Assembly: GCA_965218305.1 (NCBI GenBank)
Contig: OZ244617.1
Span: 715,776-779,775 of the forward strand
Length of the DNA: 64,000 nt
From: an uncultured Candidatus Binatia bacterium
GTDB lineage: Bacteria > Desulfobacterota > Binatia > UBA9968 > JAJDTQ01
Direction: 5' to 3'
The notes beneath the pieces are model-generated. The model worked only from the letters and a program-made list of their open reading frames with translations, did not search any database and was not told the origin of the DNA. Numbering within the stretch: the stretch's first letter is position 1; the number at the start of each line of letters is the position of its first letter. This document shows, piece by piece, positions 18,591 through 27,915 of this stretch. Both the position numbers and the translations under genes were made by a program.

Positions 18591-19450
18591 CGGCCGGTGA
18601 TGAAAATCGCGCCGCCGAGCAGGGACAGCGCCCCCAGGACGATGTTGAGCGTGACCTTTTCGAGATCCCTGAGGAAGATGAGGCTGAAGAGCACTGAGAA
18701 GAGCGGGGTGGTATTGAGCAGGGGGATCATGGTGGAGACCTCGCCGAGGTTCAGGGAGACGAACACCAGGAGCTGCGAGCCGGCAGAGACGAAGGCGGTA
18801 GGAATGAAGTAGGGCATGCTCTCCCGGCTGGGAACGACCACGGAGAATTGCCGCTTGATCGACAGGTAAATCAGGAAGATCGTGAGAGAGGTTCCCGTTG
18901 TCACCGCACCGGCGACGAATGGATTCGGCAGTATGAGCAGTCCTGCCCTGCGTAAATTTTGTGAAACGCCGGCCAGAAAAGCCGCTCCCAGTGGATACAT
19001 CGCGTCGATGAGCCGCCAACCGCCGTTGGTCTCGCCTTTCCGATAGAGCACCATCCATCCTCCGGCCACGATGAGAAGCCCGCCCAGATAGACGGATGCC
19101 GCGGGGCGCTCGTAGAGGAAGAGCACTGCGATAGCCACCGAAAAAAGGGGTCCGGTGCTGCGAATCGGCATCGCACGGGCGACCCCCAGACGGTCGATGC
19201 CGATGTAGAGCAAGATACGGGCAAGGAGGGGTTGCAGCGTGCCGCTCAGCATGAAGTAGAACGCCGCAGGAGACCGTACGATGGACAACGGAAAGTTCAA
19301 AGCCACGTAGAGCCACATCAGGATGGTCGTGACCACGAAGCTGAGAAAAGCGGCGCTGAGAACGCTCGATGTGCGCGCCCCCCGGCGGACCAGGATCGCG
19401 TCCACGGCCCAACCCATGGCGGAGATGATGGGGACGATTTCAGGGCGCAT
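18587..19450 (-). CDS. DMT (EamA) family transporter.
   Basis: 287 aa, 10 predicted transmembrane segments, EamA-like repeats. The stop codon lies inside the repeat terminus at 18587-18589. Confidence 0.8.
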   Translation of the reverse strand: MRPEIVPIISAMGWAVDAILVRRGARTSSVLSAAFLSFVVTTILMWLYVALNFPLSIVRSPAAFYFMLSGTLQPLLARILLYIGIDRLGVARAMPIRSTGPLFSVAIAVLFLYERPAASVYLGGLLIVAGGWMVLYRKGETNGGWRLIDAMYPLGAAFLAGVSQNLRRAGLLILPNPFVAGAVTTGTSLTIFLIYLSIKRQFSVVVPSRESMPYFIPTAFVSAGSQLLVFVSLNLGEVSTMIPLLNTTPLFSVLFSLIFLRDLEKVTLNIVLGALSLLGGAIFITGR

Positions 19451-19716
19451 CCAGTGTCCTGTCTCAGATATTCATTTCCGAGTTGGTCGTCACGAAAAAC
19501 GGGGTTCGGAGCTGTCGTCAGCCCTCGGGGCGGTGGCTTTCTCGGGGGCGTGCAACTTTCCCTGTAGCCGATACGAGCGGGATAGGCAAATACGGACGGA
19601 AGGTCTTGACTGTGGCTGTGGGGAAACGCTAGTGTCCTGTCCCACGAGACATCAGGATACGTTCTTCGCACAGAGCCGGTTCACGAAGCGATCAGGTTTT
19701 GAGAGGAGGGATAGTG

Positions 19717-20733
19717 ATGAATGAAGACAGAAGAGAGTGGAGAAGACGCGAGTTCTTGAAGCAGGGCATGGTGGTCGGAGCGGCCGCGCTGGCATCTCCC
19801 CTGCTGCCTTTTCTGGTGGGTGAATCCAGGGGCGCGAGTGGCATGCCCCAGATCGACCTGCCGATTACGTCGCTGCCGTCGCTCAACGAGACGGTGTCTT
19901 TGATCATTCGCGCCGGCAAGTTCGATGAGAAGAACGGCATCAAGATCAACTTCAAGCCCCGGCGTCTCGGGCCGGCCCTTAACGACTACCGGAGCGGCGC
20001 AACGAGTCTTAATGCGGCAGCCACCATCGTCCATGAAGGGGACCACATAAACCGCGGAATCCCGACACGCGCGCTTTTCGGCACGCTGGACTACTACGGC
20101 ACCGTCCTCACTGCGGATCCCGATATCAAGACGCTGAAGGATCTGGAAGGCAAGAAGCTCGGGGCTGCGACGGTTTCCGGAAACTACGCGATCTTTCGCT
20201 GGTTCGCCAAAAGGGCGGGCGTGGATCTTGCCAAGGCGGAAGTCCTGTCCCTGGGCGTTCCCGCCCTGGTGACGACGCTTGTGGCGGGACGCGTGGACGC
20301 CCTCCAGTGCTGGGAGCCCGGCGCGTCCATCGCGCAGCACAAGCAGCCGGGCAAGTACCATCGCATCGACTATGCGTACAAGTGGAAAGACTACACGGGG
20401 TTCGACATCCTTCCTTACCTCACCGTGGCCGCCAAGGCGGATTGGGTCAAGGCCAACGAGAAGCACATTCCCAAGCTGTACGCCACCTACAAGGACGCCT
20501 CCGACTTTCTCTATGCCGATCAGAAGGAGGGGGTTGCCATGATGGCAAAGGCGGCCAAGGGCAAGATTCCCGCGGAAGTGCTCCAACAGGTAGTCGAGAA
20601 GGACACCCTGCAGTTTCATCCGCACCGGTTCAAGGACATCCGCAAGGAGGCGGAGGCGGTGTTCAAGGCCATGGTCGAGGTCGGCCGCCTGAAGAAAATG
20701 CCGGGCCCCGAGCTTTTCGCAGCCTGGGGTTGA
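19717..20733 (+). CDS. ABC-type periplasmic substrate-binding protein, NMT1/SsuA (sulfonate/nitrate/taurine) family, with a Tat signal peptide.
   Basis: MNEDRREWRRREFLKQGMVVGAAALASP twin-arginine motif, followed by an SsuA/NMT1-like body. GAGAGGAGGG Shine-Dalgarno. Confidence 0.8.
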   Translation: MNEDRREWRRREFLKQGMVVGAAALASPLLPFLVGESRGASGMPQIDLPITSLPSLNETVSLIIRAGKFDEKNGIKINFKPRRLGPALNDYRSGATSLNAAATIVHEGDHINRGIPTRALFGTLDYYGTVLTADPDIKTLKDLEGKKLGAATVSGNYAIFRWFAKRAGVDLAKAEVLSLGVPALVTTLVAGRVDALQCWEPGASIAQHKQPGKYHRIDYAYKWKDYTGFDILPYLTVAAKADWVKANEKHIPKLYATYKDASDFLYADQKEGVAMMAKAAKGKIPAEVLQQVVEKDTLQFHPHRFKDIRKEAEAVFKAMVEVGRLKKMPGPELFAAWG

Positions 20734-20769
20734 TGCGGCATCGGCTCGAAGTCGAGACCCGGGCACCAC

Positions 20770-20843
20770 GGGAGGAGGAGCAACGCAGCCGACGACAAAA
20801 AGGACCAGCAGATTTGTAAACTTGTTTGTGAGACACAACACTA
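20770..20843. repeat. Truncated second copy (right end only) of the CTAG-TIR MITE-like element.
   Basis: 20782-20843 (ACGCAGCCGACGACAAAAAGGACCAGCAGATTTGTAAACTTGTTTGTGAGACACAACACTAG) matches 18528-18590 closely. Weaker similarity extends to about 20770. No left TIR is present. Confidence 0.7.
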
Positions 20844-20868
20844 GGCACCACGGTTCAAGCACCCGGTC

Positions 20869-21756
20869 ATGAAACCGCCGCCGTTCCGCTACCATACGCC
20901 CCGGTCCCTGGCCGAGGCGCTCGACCTCCTGCAGAACCTGCCGGGTGAAACCAGGGTCCTTGCCGGGGGGCAGAGTCTGGTTCCGCTGCTCAATCTGAGG
21001 CTGGCCTATCCCGAGGTCCTCATCGATCTCAATCAGGTGGCCGGGCTTTCCTATATTCGCGACACGGACTCCCATCTTCGCATCGGCGCCATGACCCGCC
21101 AGCGCGAGGCGGAGTTCTCGGAGCTCTTGGTGGCACGCTGTCCGCTCCTGATCGACGCGCTGGCCCAGGTGGGTCACCCCGCGATCCGCAACCGCGGCAC
21201 CATCGGCGGCAGCCTGGCACACGCCGATCCCGTGGCCGAGTTGCCCTGCGTGATGACGGCGCTGGACGCGGAGTTCGTGGTGGCCGGCCCGGGTGGCGAG
21301 CGGGTGGTGGGCGCGAGCGACTTCTTCCTGGCGCCCTACGAAACCGCGTTATCGCCGGGAGAGATCCTGGTGGAGGTGAGGATTCCCCTGGCTCAAGCGC
21401 CTCCGGCCGCGGGCTTCCTGGAGTTCAGCCGCCGCCACGGCGATTTCGCCCTGGCGGAGGCGGCGGTGGTGCTGGAGGGTGACGGAACCTGTACCGGTGC
21501 GCGGGTGGTGGCGGCCGGTCCGGCATGGACGCCGTCCCGGATCGAGCCCGTCGAGCGGCTCGTGGCCGCGGCCGGGGTAGCAAGAACGGACAGCGCGAGG
21601 CAGCGCGAGTTGGTGGAAGAAGTGGGTCGGACGGCGGAGGCCGCGGTGGCGGCGCTGGAAACCCACGCCGACGCCACGGCATACCAGCGGCGCCTGACGG
21701 CGGTTCTCGTGACCCGCGCCGTGGCACGGGCGCTGGAGCGATGGAACCGAAATTGA
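20869..21756 (+). CDS. Xanthine dehydrogenase family FAD-binding subunit (CoxM-like). Cluster 1.
   Basis: ...RVLAGGQSLVPLLNLRL...RNRGTIGGSLAHADP... FAD-binding PCMH motifs. Confidence 0.85.
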   Translation: MKPPPFRYHTPRSLAEALDLLQNLPGETRVLAGGQSLVPLLNLRLAYPEVLIDLNQVAGLSYIRDTDSHLRIGAMTRQREAEFSELLVARCPLLIDALAQVGHPAIRNRGTIGGSLAHADPVAELPCVMTALDAEFVVAGPGGERVVGASDFFLAPYETALSPGEILVEVRIPLAQAPPAAGFLEFSRRHGDFALAEAAVVLEGDGTCTGARVVAAGPAWTPSRIEPVERLVAAAGVARTDSARQRELVEEVGRTAEAAVAALETHADATAYQRRLTAVLVTRAVARALERWNRN

Positions 21757-22241
21757 AGGATGAATCGACGGACAAACGCACCATCTCGGTGACGGTTAAC
21801 GGAACGCGTTGCGACGGCGAGGTGGACGTGCGCAAGACCCTCGCCGATTTCCTGCGGGAGGACGCGGGCTTTACCGGCGTCCACGTGGGCTGCGAGCACG
21901 GCGTCTGCGGAGCCTGCTCTGTGCTGATGGACGGCGAGGTGATCCGATCATGCATCCTCTTCGCCGTGCAGGCGGACGGTCACGAGATCACCACCGTCGA
22001 GGGCTTGGGCAGCGAGGATGAGCTGAGCCCGCTACAGCAGGCCTTCGTGGACCACCACGCGCTCCAGTGTGGTTTCTGCACCCCGGGCATGCTGCTGGCC
22101 GCCGTGGACCTGCTGAAGCATTGCCCCGACCCCACGGAGACCCAGGTGCGCGAGGCCCTGTCCGGCAACCTTTGCATGTGCACCGGCTACACCGGCATCA
22201 TCCGGGCGGTGCGCGCCGCCGCGCCGCAAATGAAAGGCTGA
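21741..22241 (+). CDS. (2Fe-2S)-binding subunit (CoxS-like). Cluster 1.
   Basis: ...CEHGVCGACSVLMDG... and ...QCGFCTPGMLL...CMCTGY... two [2Fe-2S] motifs. Overlaps the FAD-subunit gene by 16 nt. Confidence 0.85.
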   Translation: MEPKLKDESTDKRTISVTVNGTRCDGEVDVRKTLADFLREDAGFTGVHVGCEHGVCGACSVLMDGEVIRSCILFAVQADGHEITTVEGLGSEDELSPLQQAFVDHHALQCGFCTPGMLLAAVDLLKHCPDPTETQVREALSGNLCMCTGYTGIIRAVRAAAPQMKG

Positions 22242-22251
22242 CTGTTCCGGC

Positions 22252-24660
22252 ATGGAAGCTGCATCCACGCAATGGAAGGGCCGGGCGGTTCCGCTCCGTG
22301 AGGACCTGAGATTCTCCACCGGCAGGGGCATGTACATCGACGACATGAAGTTCCCGGATATGCTCCATGTCGCGATGCTGCGGAGCGTCCACGCCCATGC
22401 GCGCATCCAGCGGGTGGACTTGAGCGAGGCGCTGCAGGTGCCCGGCGTGGTATGCGGCCTCACCGGAGAGGACGCGGGGCGCATGTCCGAGCCGCTACGC
22501 TCCCTCATCCCCATTCCCGTTCAGCTCGACGCCTATTGCCTGGCCTACGGGAAGGTCACCCACGTCGGCGAGCCGGTGGCCGCCATCCTGGCCACCAGCC
22601 GTTACCTGGCGGAAGACGCGCTGGAGAAGATCCGGGTGGAGTACGAGCCGCTGCCCGCGGCGGTGGACCCCGAGGCGGCCATGGAGCCGGATGCGCCGCT
22701 GCTGTTCGAGTCCATGGGCACCAACGTGATGTGGCAGGACCGCTTCGACTACGGCGACGTGGACGAGGCCTTCGGCCGTGCCGCGCATGTCTTGAAGAAA
22801 CGCTTCTCCATCCAGCGGTACTCGTCCACCGCCCTGGAGACCTTCGGCTGCACCGCCGTCTACGACAATCGCCGGGAGCAGCTCACCATCTGGTCCAACG
22901 ACCAGCGCCCCGGGCAGGCCATGCCCATCGTCGCCCACAGCCTGGGCCTCACCCACGCCCAGATCCGCTTCGTCACGCCCGACGTAGGCGGCGGCTTCGG
23001 CAACAAGCGCAAGGCCCAGTACCTGATCATCGCGGCCCTGTTGTCCAAGATGAGCGGCGGCAAGCCGGTGCAGTACCTGGAGGACCGCCGCGAGAACCTG
23101 ATGGCGCTCATCCACGCCTGCAACGGCGTCATGGACCTGGAGACGGCGCTGGACAGCGAAGGCCATATCCTCGGCATGAAGGTGCGGGACATCGCCGACG
23201 AGGGAGCCAACGTCCTGAACCCCACGGTCCACTCGATCCTGAAGCTCGGGAACCTGACCAACTGCTACCGCATCCCGGTGGTGCGCTACGAGGTCAACTC
23301 GGTGATGACCAACAAGTGCCCGTCCGGCGCCAATCGCGGCATCGGCAAGCCCTTCATGTGCCTGGCCATGGAGCGGATGATGGATTACCTGGCCGGGCAA
23401 CTCGGCATGGACCGCATCGAGCTGCGGCGGAAGAACCTGGTGCCGCCGGACGCCATGCCCTACACGGGACCCAGCGGCGCGCTGATCGACAGCGGCGACT
23501 TCGGCGGCACCCTGGACAAGCTGTTGCCGCTCATCGAGTACGAAGCGTTTCTGCAGGAGCAGCGGGAGGCCCGGGCCCAGGGACGGTATCTCGGCATCGG
23601 CATCGCCATCGGCCTGGAACCCAGCACCTCCAACGCGTCGGCCTACATTCTCTCGTCGGGGCGGCGGAGCGCCTCGGGCGCGGCCGAGGCGGCCATGGTG
23701 CGGGTGGAGCACGACGGCAGCATCCTGGTGCTGCTGGGCGACGTAGGCAGCGGGCAGGGGCATGAGACCGCCGCGGCGCAGATCGTCGCCGACGAGCTGG
23801 GGGTGCCGATGGACGGCGTCCGGGTATCCCCGTTCTTCGATTCCGCGGTGACGCCCTGGCTCTACGCCACCGGCAACTACTCCAACAAGTTCGCGGGCAC
23901 CGACGTGGGGGCCATCCTTGGCGCCGCGGGCAAGGTGCGCGGCAAGCTCCTGGAGTTGGGGGCATACCTGCTACAGGAACCCGCCGAGAATCTGGAGCTG
24001 GCCGAAGGCGGTGTGCGCTCCCGGGACCGGCATGAGCACCGGAAGACCCTGGGTGAGCTGGCCTTCGTGGCCTACCGCGACCTCTTGTCGCTGCCGCCCG
24101 ACATGGAGCCCGGCCTGGAGGGCCGCTTCTACTACCGGCCGGCCATTGCCAACGTGCCCGACGAGAACCGCCGGGTCAGGAACCAGCTCTTCGCCAGCAA
24201 CGCCGCCCACGGGGTCATCGTCGAGGTGGACCCCGACACCGGCGGCATCACCATCCTCAAGTACGGCGTGGTGCACGACTGCGGCACCGTGCTCAACCCG
24301 TCCATCGTGGAGGGGCTGGTGCAGGGGGCCACCGCCCACGGCATCGGCGCGGCGTTGTACGAGGAGTTTGACTATGATGATGAGGGCAACCTGAAGGCCA
24401 CCACCTTCGTGGACTACCTCAAGCCCACCGCGGTGGAGATCCCCGACGTGCGGATGGACCACCTGGTCACGCCGTCGCCTTACACGCCTCTGGGGATGAA
24501 AGGGGTGGGGGAGGGCGGCGCCATTCCCGCGCCGGCCGCCATCGTCAACGCGGTGGAGAACGCGCTGGAACCGCTGGGCTGCGCGTTCGACCATCTCCCG
24601 CTCACGCCCGAGCGGGTCTGGGCAGAAATAGAAAAGGCCCGCGCTTCACGGCGCGGGTAG
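22252..24660 (+). CDS. Xanthine dehydrogenase family molybdopterin-binding large subunit (CoxL-like, not bona fide CODH). Cluster 1.
   Basis: 802 aa with aldehyde oxidase/xanthine dehydrogenase a/b-hammerhead and Mo-cofactor-binding regions (GGGFGNK). The CODH active-site loop position reads CPSGANRGIGKP. It matches neither VAYRCSFR nor AYRGAGR. Confidence 0.8.
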   Translation: MEAASTQWKGRAVPLREDLRFSTGRGMYIDDMKFPDMLHVAMLRSVHAHARIQRVDLSEALQVPGVVCGLTGEDAGRMSEPLRSLIPIPVQLDAYCLAYGKVTHVGEPVAAILATSRYLAEDALEKIRVEYEPLPAAVDPEAAMEPDAPLLFESMGTNVMWQDRFDYGDVDEAFGRAAHVLKKRFSIQRYSSTALETFGCTAVYDNRREQLTIWSNDQRPGQAMPIVAHSLGLTHAQIRFVTPDVGGGFGNKRKAQYLIIAALLSKMSGGKPVQYLEDRRENLMALIHACNGVMDLETALDSEGHILGMKVRDIADEGANVLNPTVHSILKLGNLTNCYRIPVVRYEVNSVMTNKCPSGANRGIGKPFMCLAMERMMDYLAGQLGMDRIELRRKNLVPPDAMPYTGPSGALIDSGDFGGTLDKLLPLIEYEAFLQEQREARAQGRYLGIGIAIGLEPSTSNASAYILSSGRRSASGAAEAAMVRVEHDGSILVLLGDVGSGQGHETAAAQIVADELGVPMDGVRVSPFFDSAVTPWLYATGNYSNKFAGTDVGAILGAAGKVRGKLLELGAYLLQEPAENLELAEGGVRSRDRHEHRKTLGELAFVAYRDLLSLPPDMEPGLEGRFYYRPAIANVPDENRRVRNQLFASNAAHGVIVEVDPDTGGITILKYGVVHDCGTVLNPSIVEGLVQGATAHGIGAALYEEFDYDDEGNLKATTFVDYLKPTAVEIPDVRMDHLVTPSPYTPLGMKGVGEGGAIPAPAAIVNAVENALEPLGCAFDHLPLTPERVWAEIEKARASRRG

Positions 24661-24722
24661 GGGCGGGTTTCAAACCCGCCCGCCATCGGGATCCGTAGGG
24701 GCGACCGGCCGGTCGCCCCTAC
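24657..24722. repeat. REP-like GC-rich hairpin elements: GTAGGGGCGGGTTTCAAACCCGCC plus the perfect palindrome GTAGGGGCGACCGGCCGGTCGCCCCTAC.
   Basis: Family consensus recurs at 29687, 39053 and 62845 (the last inverted). The TAG stops of CoxL-1 (24658-24660) and of the convergent minus-strand gene (24719-24721) lie inside the two hairpins. Confidence 0.65.
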
Positions 24723-25630
24723 ACCGTCACGTTGCACACCAGCTCGGTGTACTCCGCGTTCTCCGGGATCAGGTTCCAGGTCAGCATCCACCTGTACTGG
24801 CGCTCGAACTCTTCCTCGGTGTAGGGCTCGGGATCCACGTAGCGCAGCCGCGGCAGGTAGAAGTCGTCCGGCGTAAGCTCGTTGGCGTAGTGCTCCGGGA
24901 TCTCCGCCAGCATGTGCTTGATGTACTTCTTGGGGTTCTTGTTGATGTAGGTGACGGACTTCTTGATGGCCCGCAGCATGCGCTTGAGCAGCTCGGGGTC
25001 CATGTCGGCGGGTCCGTTCTCGACCCCCAGGTAGTGGCCCTCGGTGATCTTCTTGTAGCCGCGCTTCTCGGCCAGGGAGATCCACGGTTCCATGAGCGTG
25101 GCGGCGTCCACGTCGCCGTTCTCCAGCGCTATGAACCGTTCATGCACGGTGCCGGCGTGCACCACGTTCATCTCCTCGCGGGCGACGAAACCCTCGAGCA
25201 GGGACAGGGTGTGGTAGTGCGAGCCCTGATGGTACTGGACGCCGACGCTCTTGTTGGCGAGCTGCATGGGCGCGTTGACCGGGGAGTCGGGGAGCACGTA
25301 GATGCCCTGGCACACCACCGCCGGGCGCTTGGTCCAGATGGGGGCGCCGCGTTCGCTGTCGTAGGCCCGCCGCACCTGTCCCCATGAACAGGCCCGCATG
25401 ATGTCCACCTTCTTCTGTTCGTACAGGAACTGGTAGTTGGTGGACTTCACCAGGGTGTGGTCGGTGCGGCGCGGGTCGTCGTCGTCGAACTTGGTTTCGC
25501 GGACGCCGGGCAGGAAGATCTCGACCTCCATGCCTTCCTCCTCGAACAACCCTTCCTCCTGCGCCACGAACCAGTGAAGCCCGAGCACCGCCTCGGCGCT
25601 CTCTACGTTTATCTTGACCAATTCAGCCAT
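24719..25630 (-). CDS. NMT1/THI5-like domain protein (cytoplasmic SsuA/THI5 family).
   Basis: MAELVKINVESAEAVLGLHWFVAQEEGLFEEEGMEVEIF... No signal peptide. GGAGAG Shine-Dalgarno before the ATG at 25630. Confidence 0.7.
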   Translation of the reverse strand: MAELVKINVESAEAVLGLHWFVAQEEGLFEEEGMEVEIFLPGVRETKFDDDDPRRTDHTLVKSTNYQFLYEQKKVDIMRACSWGQVRRAYDSERGAPIWTKRPAVVCQGIYVLPDSPVNAPMQLANKSVGVQYHQGSHYHTLSLLEGFVAREEMNVVHAGTVHERFIALENGDVDAATLMEPWISLAEKRGYKKITEGHYLGVENGPADMDPELLKRMLRAIKKSVTYINKNPKKYIKHMLAEIPEHYANELTPDDFYLPRLRYVDPEPYTEEEFERQYRWMLTWNLIPENAEYTELVCNVTV

Positions 25631-25817
25631 GGTTTCGCTCTCCTTTCGAGCCACGGGGATGTGAGCCTGTCCGCAGCCGGCATGCCGGCGCGGTCGCTGG
25701 CGGCTCAAGCCCCTTTTTCTTACAACCGGCATCGGCAGGGGTCAAGGTCGAGGGGCCGGTGCAGCGGGACGTTGCTTCCATTCCAGCCCGGTAATCTGAT
25801 ACGCATGCCGGACACCC

Positions 25818-26690
25818 ATGCTGATCGATGCGGCACTGCTGTTCGCCCTGGGCACCGCCATCGCCTATGCTTTCGCCGACGTCACCGCGCGCTTCGGCCT
25901 GCAGCGGGCCGACCCGTTGGTGGGGGCGACGATGGCCCTTACCGCCTCGGTGATGCTCTTCCTGCTGGTCGTTCTCGCGACCGGAGCCCGTTTTCCCGCC
26001 TTTGGCCCCCACTACTTCTGGATGGCCGCGGGAGGGGCCTGCAACCCTGGCCTCTTCTTCGTCCTGTTCTTCACCGGCATAGCCAAGATCGGGGTTTCCC
26101 GTGCCGCGCCCATCAAGGGAAGCTCGGCCATCTTCGCGGCCTTGATGGCCATGGTCTTTCTGGGAGAGGAGCCTGCCTGGTACAACCTCGCCGGCATCCT
26201 GCTGGTGGTGGGCGGCATCGCGGTGATCTCGTCCGGCGCCCAGACCGGCCACTGGCGCCGGGTGGACATGCTGTGGCCGCTGGGCGCCGCGGTGGTGGCT
26301 GCCATCGCCGCGCTGTGCTGGCGCACCGGGATTCAGGCCTTCCCGGACACGGTGGCGGGGACGGCGGTGGCGATCGTCTCCGCCCTGGTGGTGGTCGGGG
26401 CCTACACCCTGGCGGTGCGCAGGGACCGTATCCTGGAGAACGTCCGGGCGAGTTGGAAGTTCTTCATCGTCGCGGGCTCCATCGAGGGCTTCGGCAAGTT
26501 CCTGTACGCCAGCGCCCTTCAGCTCGGGGAGGTGTACCGGATGCTGCCGGTGATCCAGACCTCGCCCCTGTTCGTGGTGCTGCTCTCGCTCGTGGTGCTG
26601 CGGAGGGCCGAGGGGATCACCTGGCGGGTCCCCGCCGGGGCGGTGCTTACCGTCGGCGGGGCGATCCTGGTGAACGTGCGTCTTGGGTGA
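25818..26690 (+). CDS. DMT (EamA) family transporter, paralog of 18587-19450.
   Basis: 290 aa. Hydrophobic body with EamA repeats. Confidence 0.8.
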   Translation: MLIDAALLFALGTAIAYAFADVTARFGLQRADPLVGATMALTASVMLFLLVVLATGARFPAFGPHYFWMAAGGACNPGLFFVLFFTGIAKIGVSRAAPIKGSSAIFAALMAMVFLGEEPAWYNLAGILLVVGGIAVISSGAQTGHWRRVDMLWPLGAAVVAAIAALCWRTGIQAFPDTVAGTAVAIVSALVVVGAYTLAVRRDRILENVRASWKFFIVAGSIEGFGKFLYASALQLGEVYRMLPVIQTSPLFVVLLSLVVLRRAEGITWRVPAGAVLTVGGAILVNVRLG

Positions 26691-26711
26691 GGAGTCCTTC
26701 CGGGCTGCTGG

Positions 26712-27575
26712 TCAAAGCGTCCGCGCCATCCACCGCACCTCGCCGATGACCTCTGCGTCATCGGGCCACGGCACCGGTTCCCACGCGGGATTGTCGCTTT
26801 CCAGCAGCCACTTGCGGGCCTTGTCCCTGCCCGCGCGCCCGACTATCAGACCACGCGCTGTGCGCAACGCGTAGATGCGGCCTTCCCGCCGTCGGCGCTG
26901 CCCCCGGTTCACCAGTATCCAGGACCCTTCCGGCAGAGCGGGCTGCATGGATTCGTCCCGGACCCTGACCAACAGGCATCGGGTGGAATCGATCTCGTTG
27001 CGGCGGAGCCAGTCGCGTCCGAACCAGAAGGATTCCCGGGCGGTCAAGGAGCCGCCGGGGGGTTCGTCGTATTCGGCTCCAAGGTCGTGAATCTCCACGG
27101 GCCGCGCGGCGGAATGGTCCGCGGGGGTGTCGGTGTAGGGCGCCGCGGTGTCGTCGTCCGCGAACTCCCTGGGCGTGAGTCCCTGCCTGTCCGTGATGTG
27201 CCGGCGTAACAAGGCGGCGAGGTCCTCGCGCAGCCCGCTCCGCAGAGTCCTCGTCTCGGCCTGCAGGGCGCGGACGATATTCTCCTCAAGGGAATCCAGC
27301 GTCCCGCCCCCTGACGGCGTTGTTTCCGCTTTCCTTCCGCGCTCTTCGAACAGCCGCGCCAACGGCACACCCAGAAACTCCGCGAGCTTCTGCAGGTGAG
27401 TGAGCTTCCACTCGTTTCTTCCGTTCAGCAGGTTGGAGAAGTGGCTCGGTTGGATGCCGATGGCTGCCGCGATTTCGCTTTTGGTTGCCCGCCCAAGTGA
27501 TTTTTCGTCGTCTACGAAATCCTTGATCCGGTTCGCGTGGTGCCGCGAATCCAGCGGGAGATCTTGTCGGTCCAT
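26712..27575 (-). CDS. LexA/CI-like transcriptional repressor: XRE-type HTH plus a C-terminal S24 self-cleaving peptidase domain.
   Basis: N-terminal ...EIAAAIGIQPSHFSNLLNGRNEWKLTHLQKLAEFLGV is an XRE HTH. C-terminal ...VRVRDESMQPALPEGSWILVN...RIYALRTARGLIVGRAG is an S24 domain with the DESM serine motif and a downstream Lys/Arg region. GGGAG Shine-Dalgarno. Confidence 0.75.
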   Translation of the reverse strand: MDRQDLPLDSRHHANRIKDFVDDEKSLGRATKSEIAAAIGIQPSHFSNLLNGRNEWKLTHLQKLAEFLGVPLARLFEERGRKAETTPSGGGTLDSLEENIVRALQAETRTLRSGLREDLAALLRRHITDRQGLTPREFADDDTAAPYTDTPADHSAARPVEIHDLGAEYDEPPGGSLTARESFWFGRDWLRRNEIDSTRCLLVRVRDESMQPALPEGSWILVNRGQRRRREGRIYALRTARGLIVGRAGRDKARKWLLESDNPAWEPVPWPDDAEVIGEVRWMARTL

Positions 27576-27915
27576 CACACGCTCCCAATCCAAGCCTCCC
27601 ATACAGCAAGAACCGTGCAAACGAGCATCCTTGATTATATAGTGAAATCAACTCCTATTATTGCCTTACAGGTGAACTTGGTGGAGCCAACTCACCGCCG
27701 GGCCTTTGCATAGCCGTCAAGACGGCGACATCTGCCTTGACGGAGCTCAAGCTACGGTGTGTCGAAGGTACGAAGGGACTCGTGCGGCGTTGGAGGGTTC
27801 GGCAGGCAGGTACGACCGGCCAGGGCCGTTGCGGCTCGTCACCGGAACGGCCGACGGAGCCGCAACCGCGCCGAGCTCCGGTTCGTCAGCAGTTCTGATG
27901 CGGGACGTGGGGACG

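Noticed and set aside
19681-21222. 513-aa minus-strand ORF.
   Set aside because: It is antisense to the SsuA-like gene and coxM1, and it spans the MITE fragment. Shadow ORF.
20869-24660. Calling the coxMSL-order clusters carbon monoxide dehydrogenase.
   Set aside because: Neither large subunit has the form I (VAYRCSFR) or form II (AYRGAGR) active-site loop, so only the family-level call is supported.
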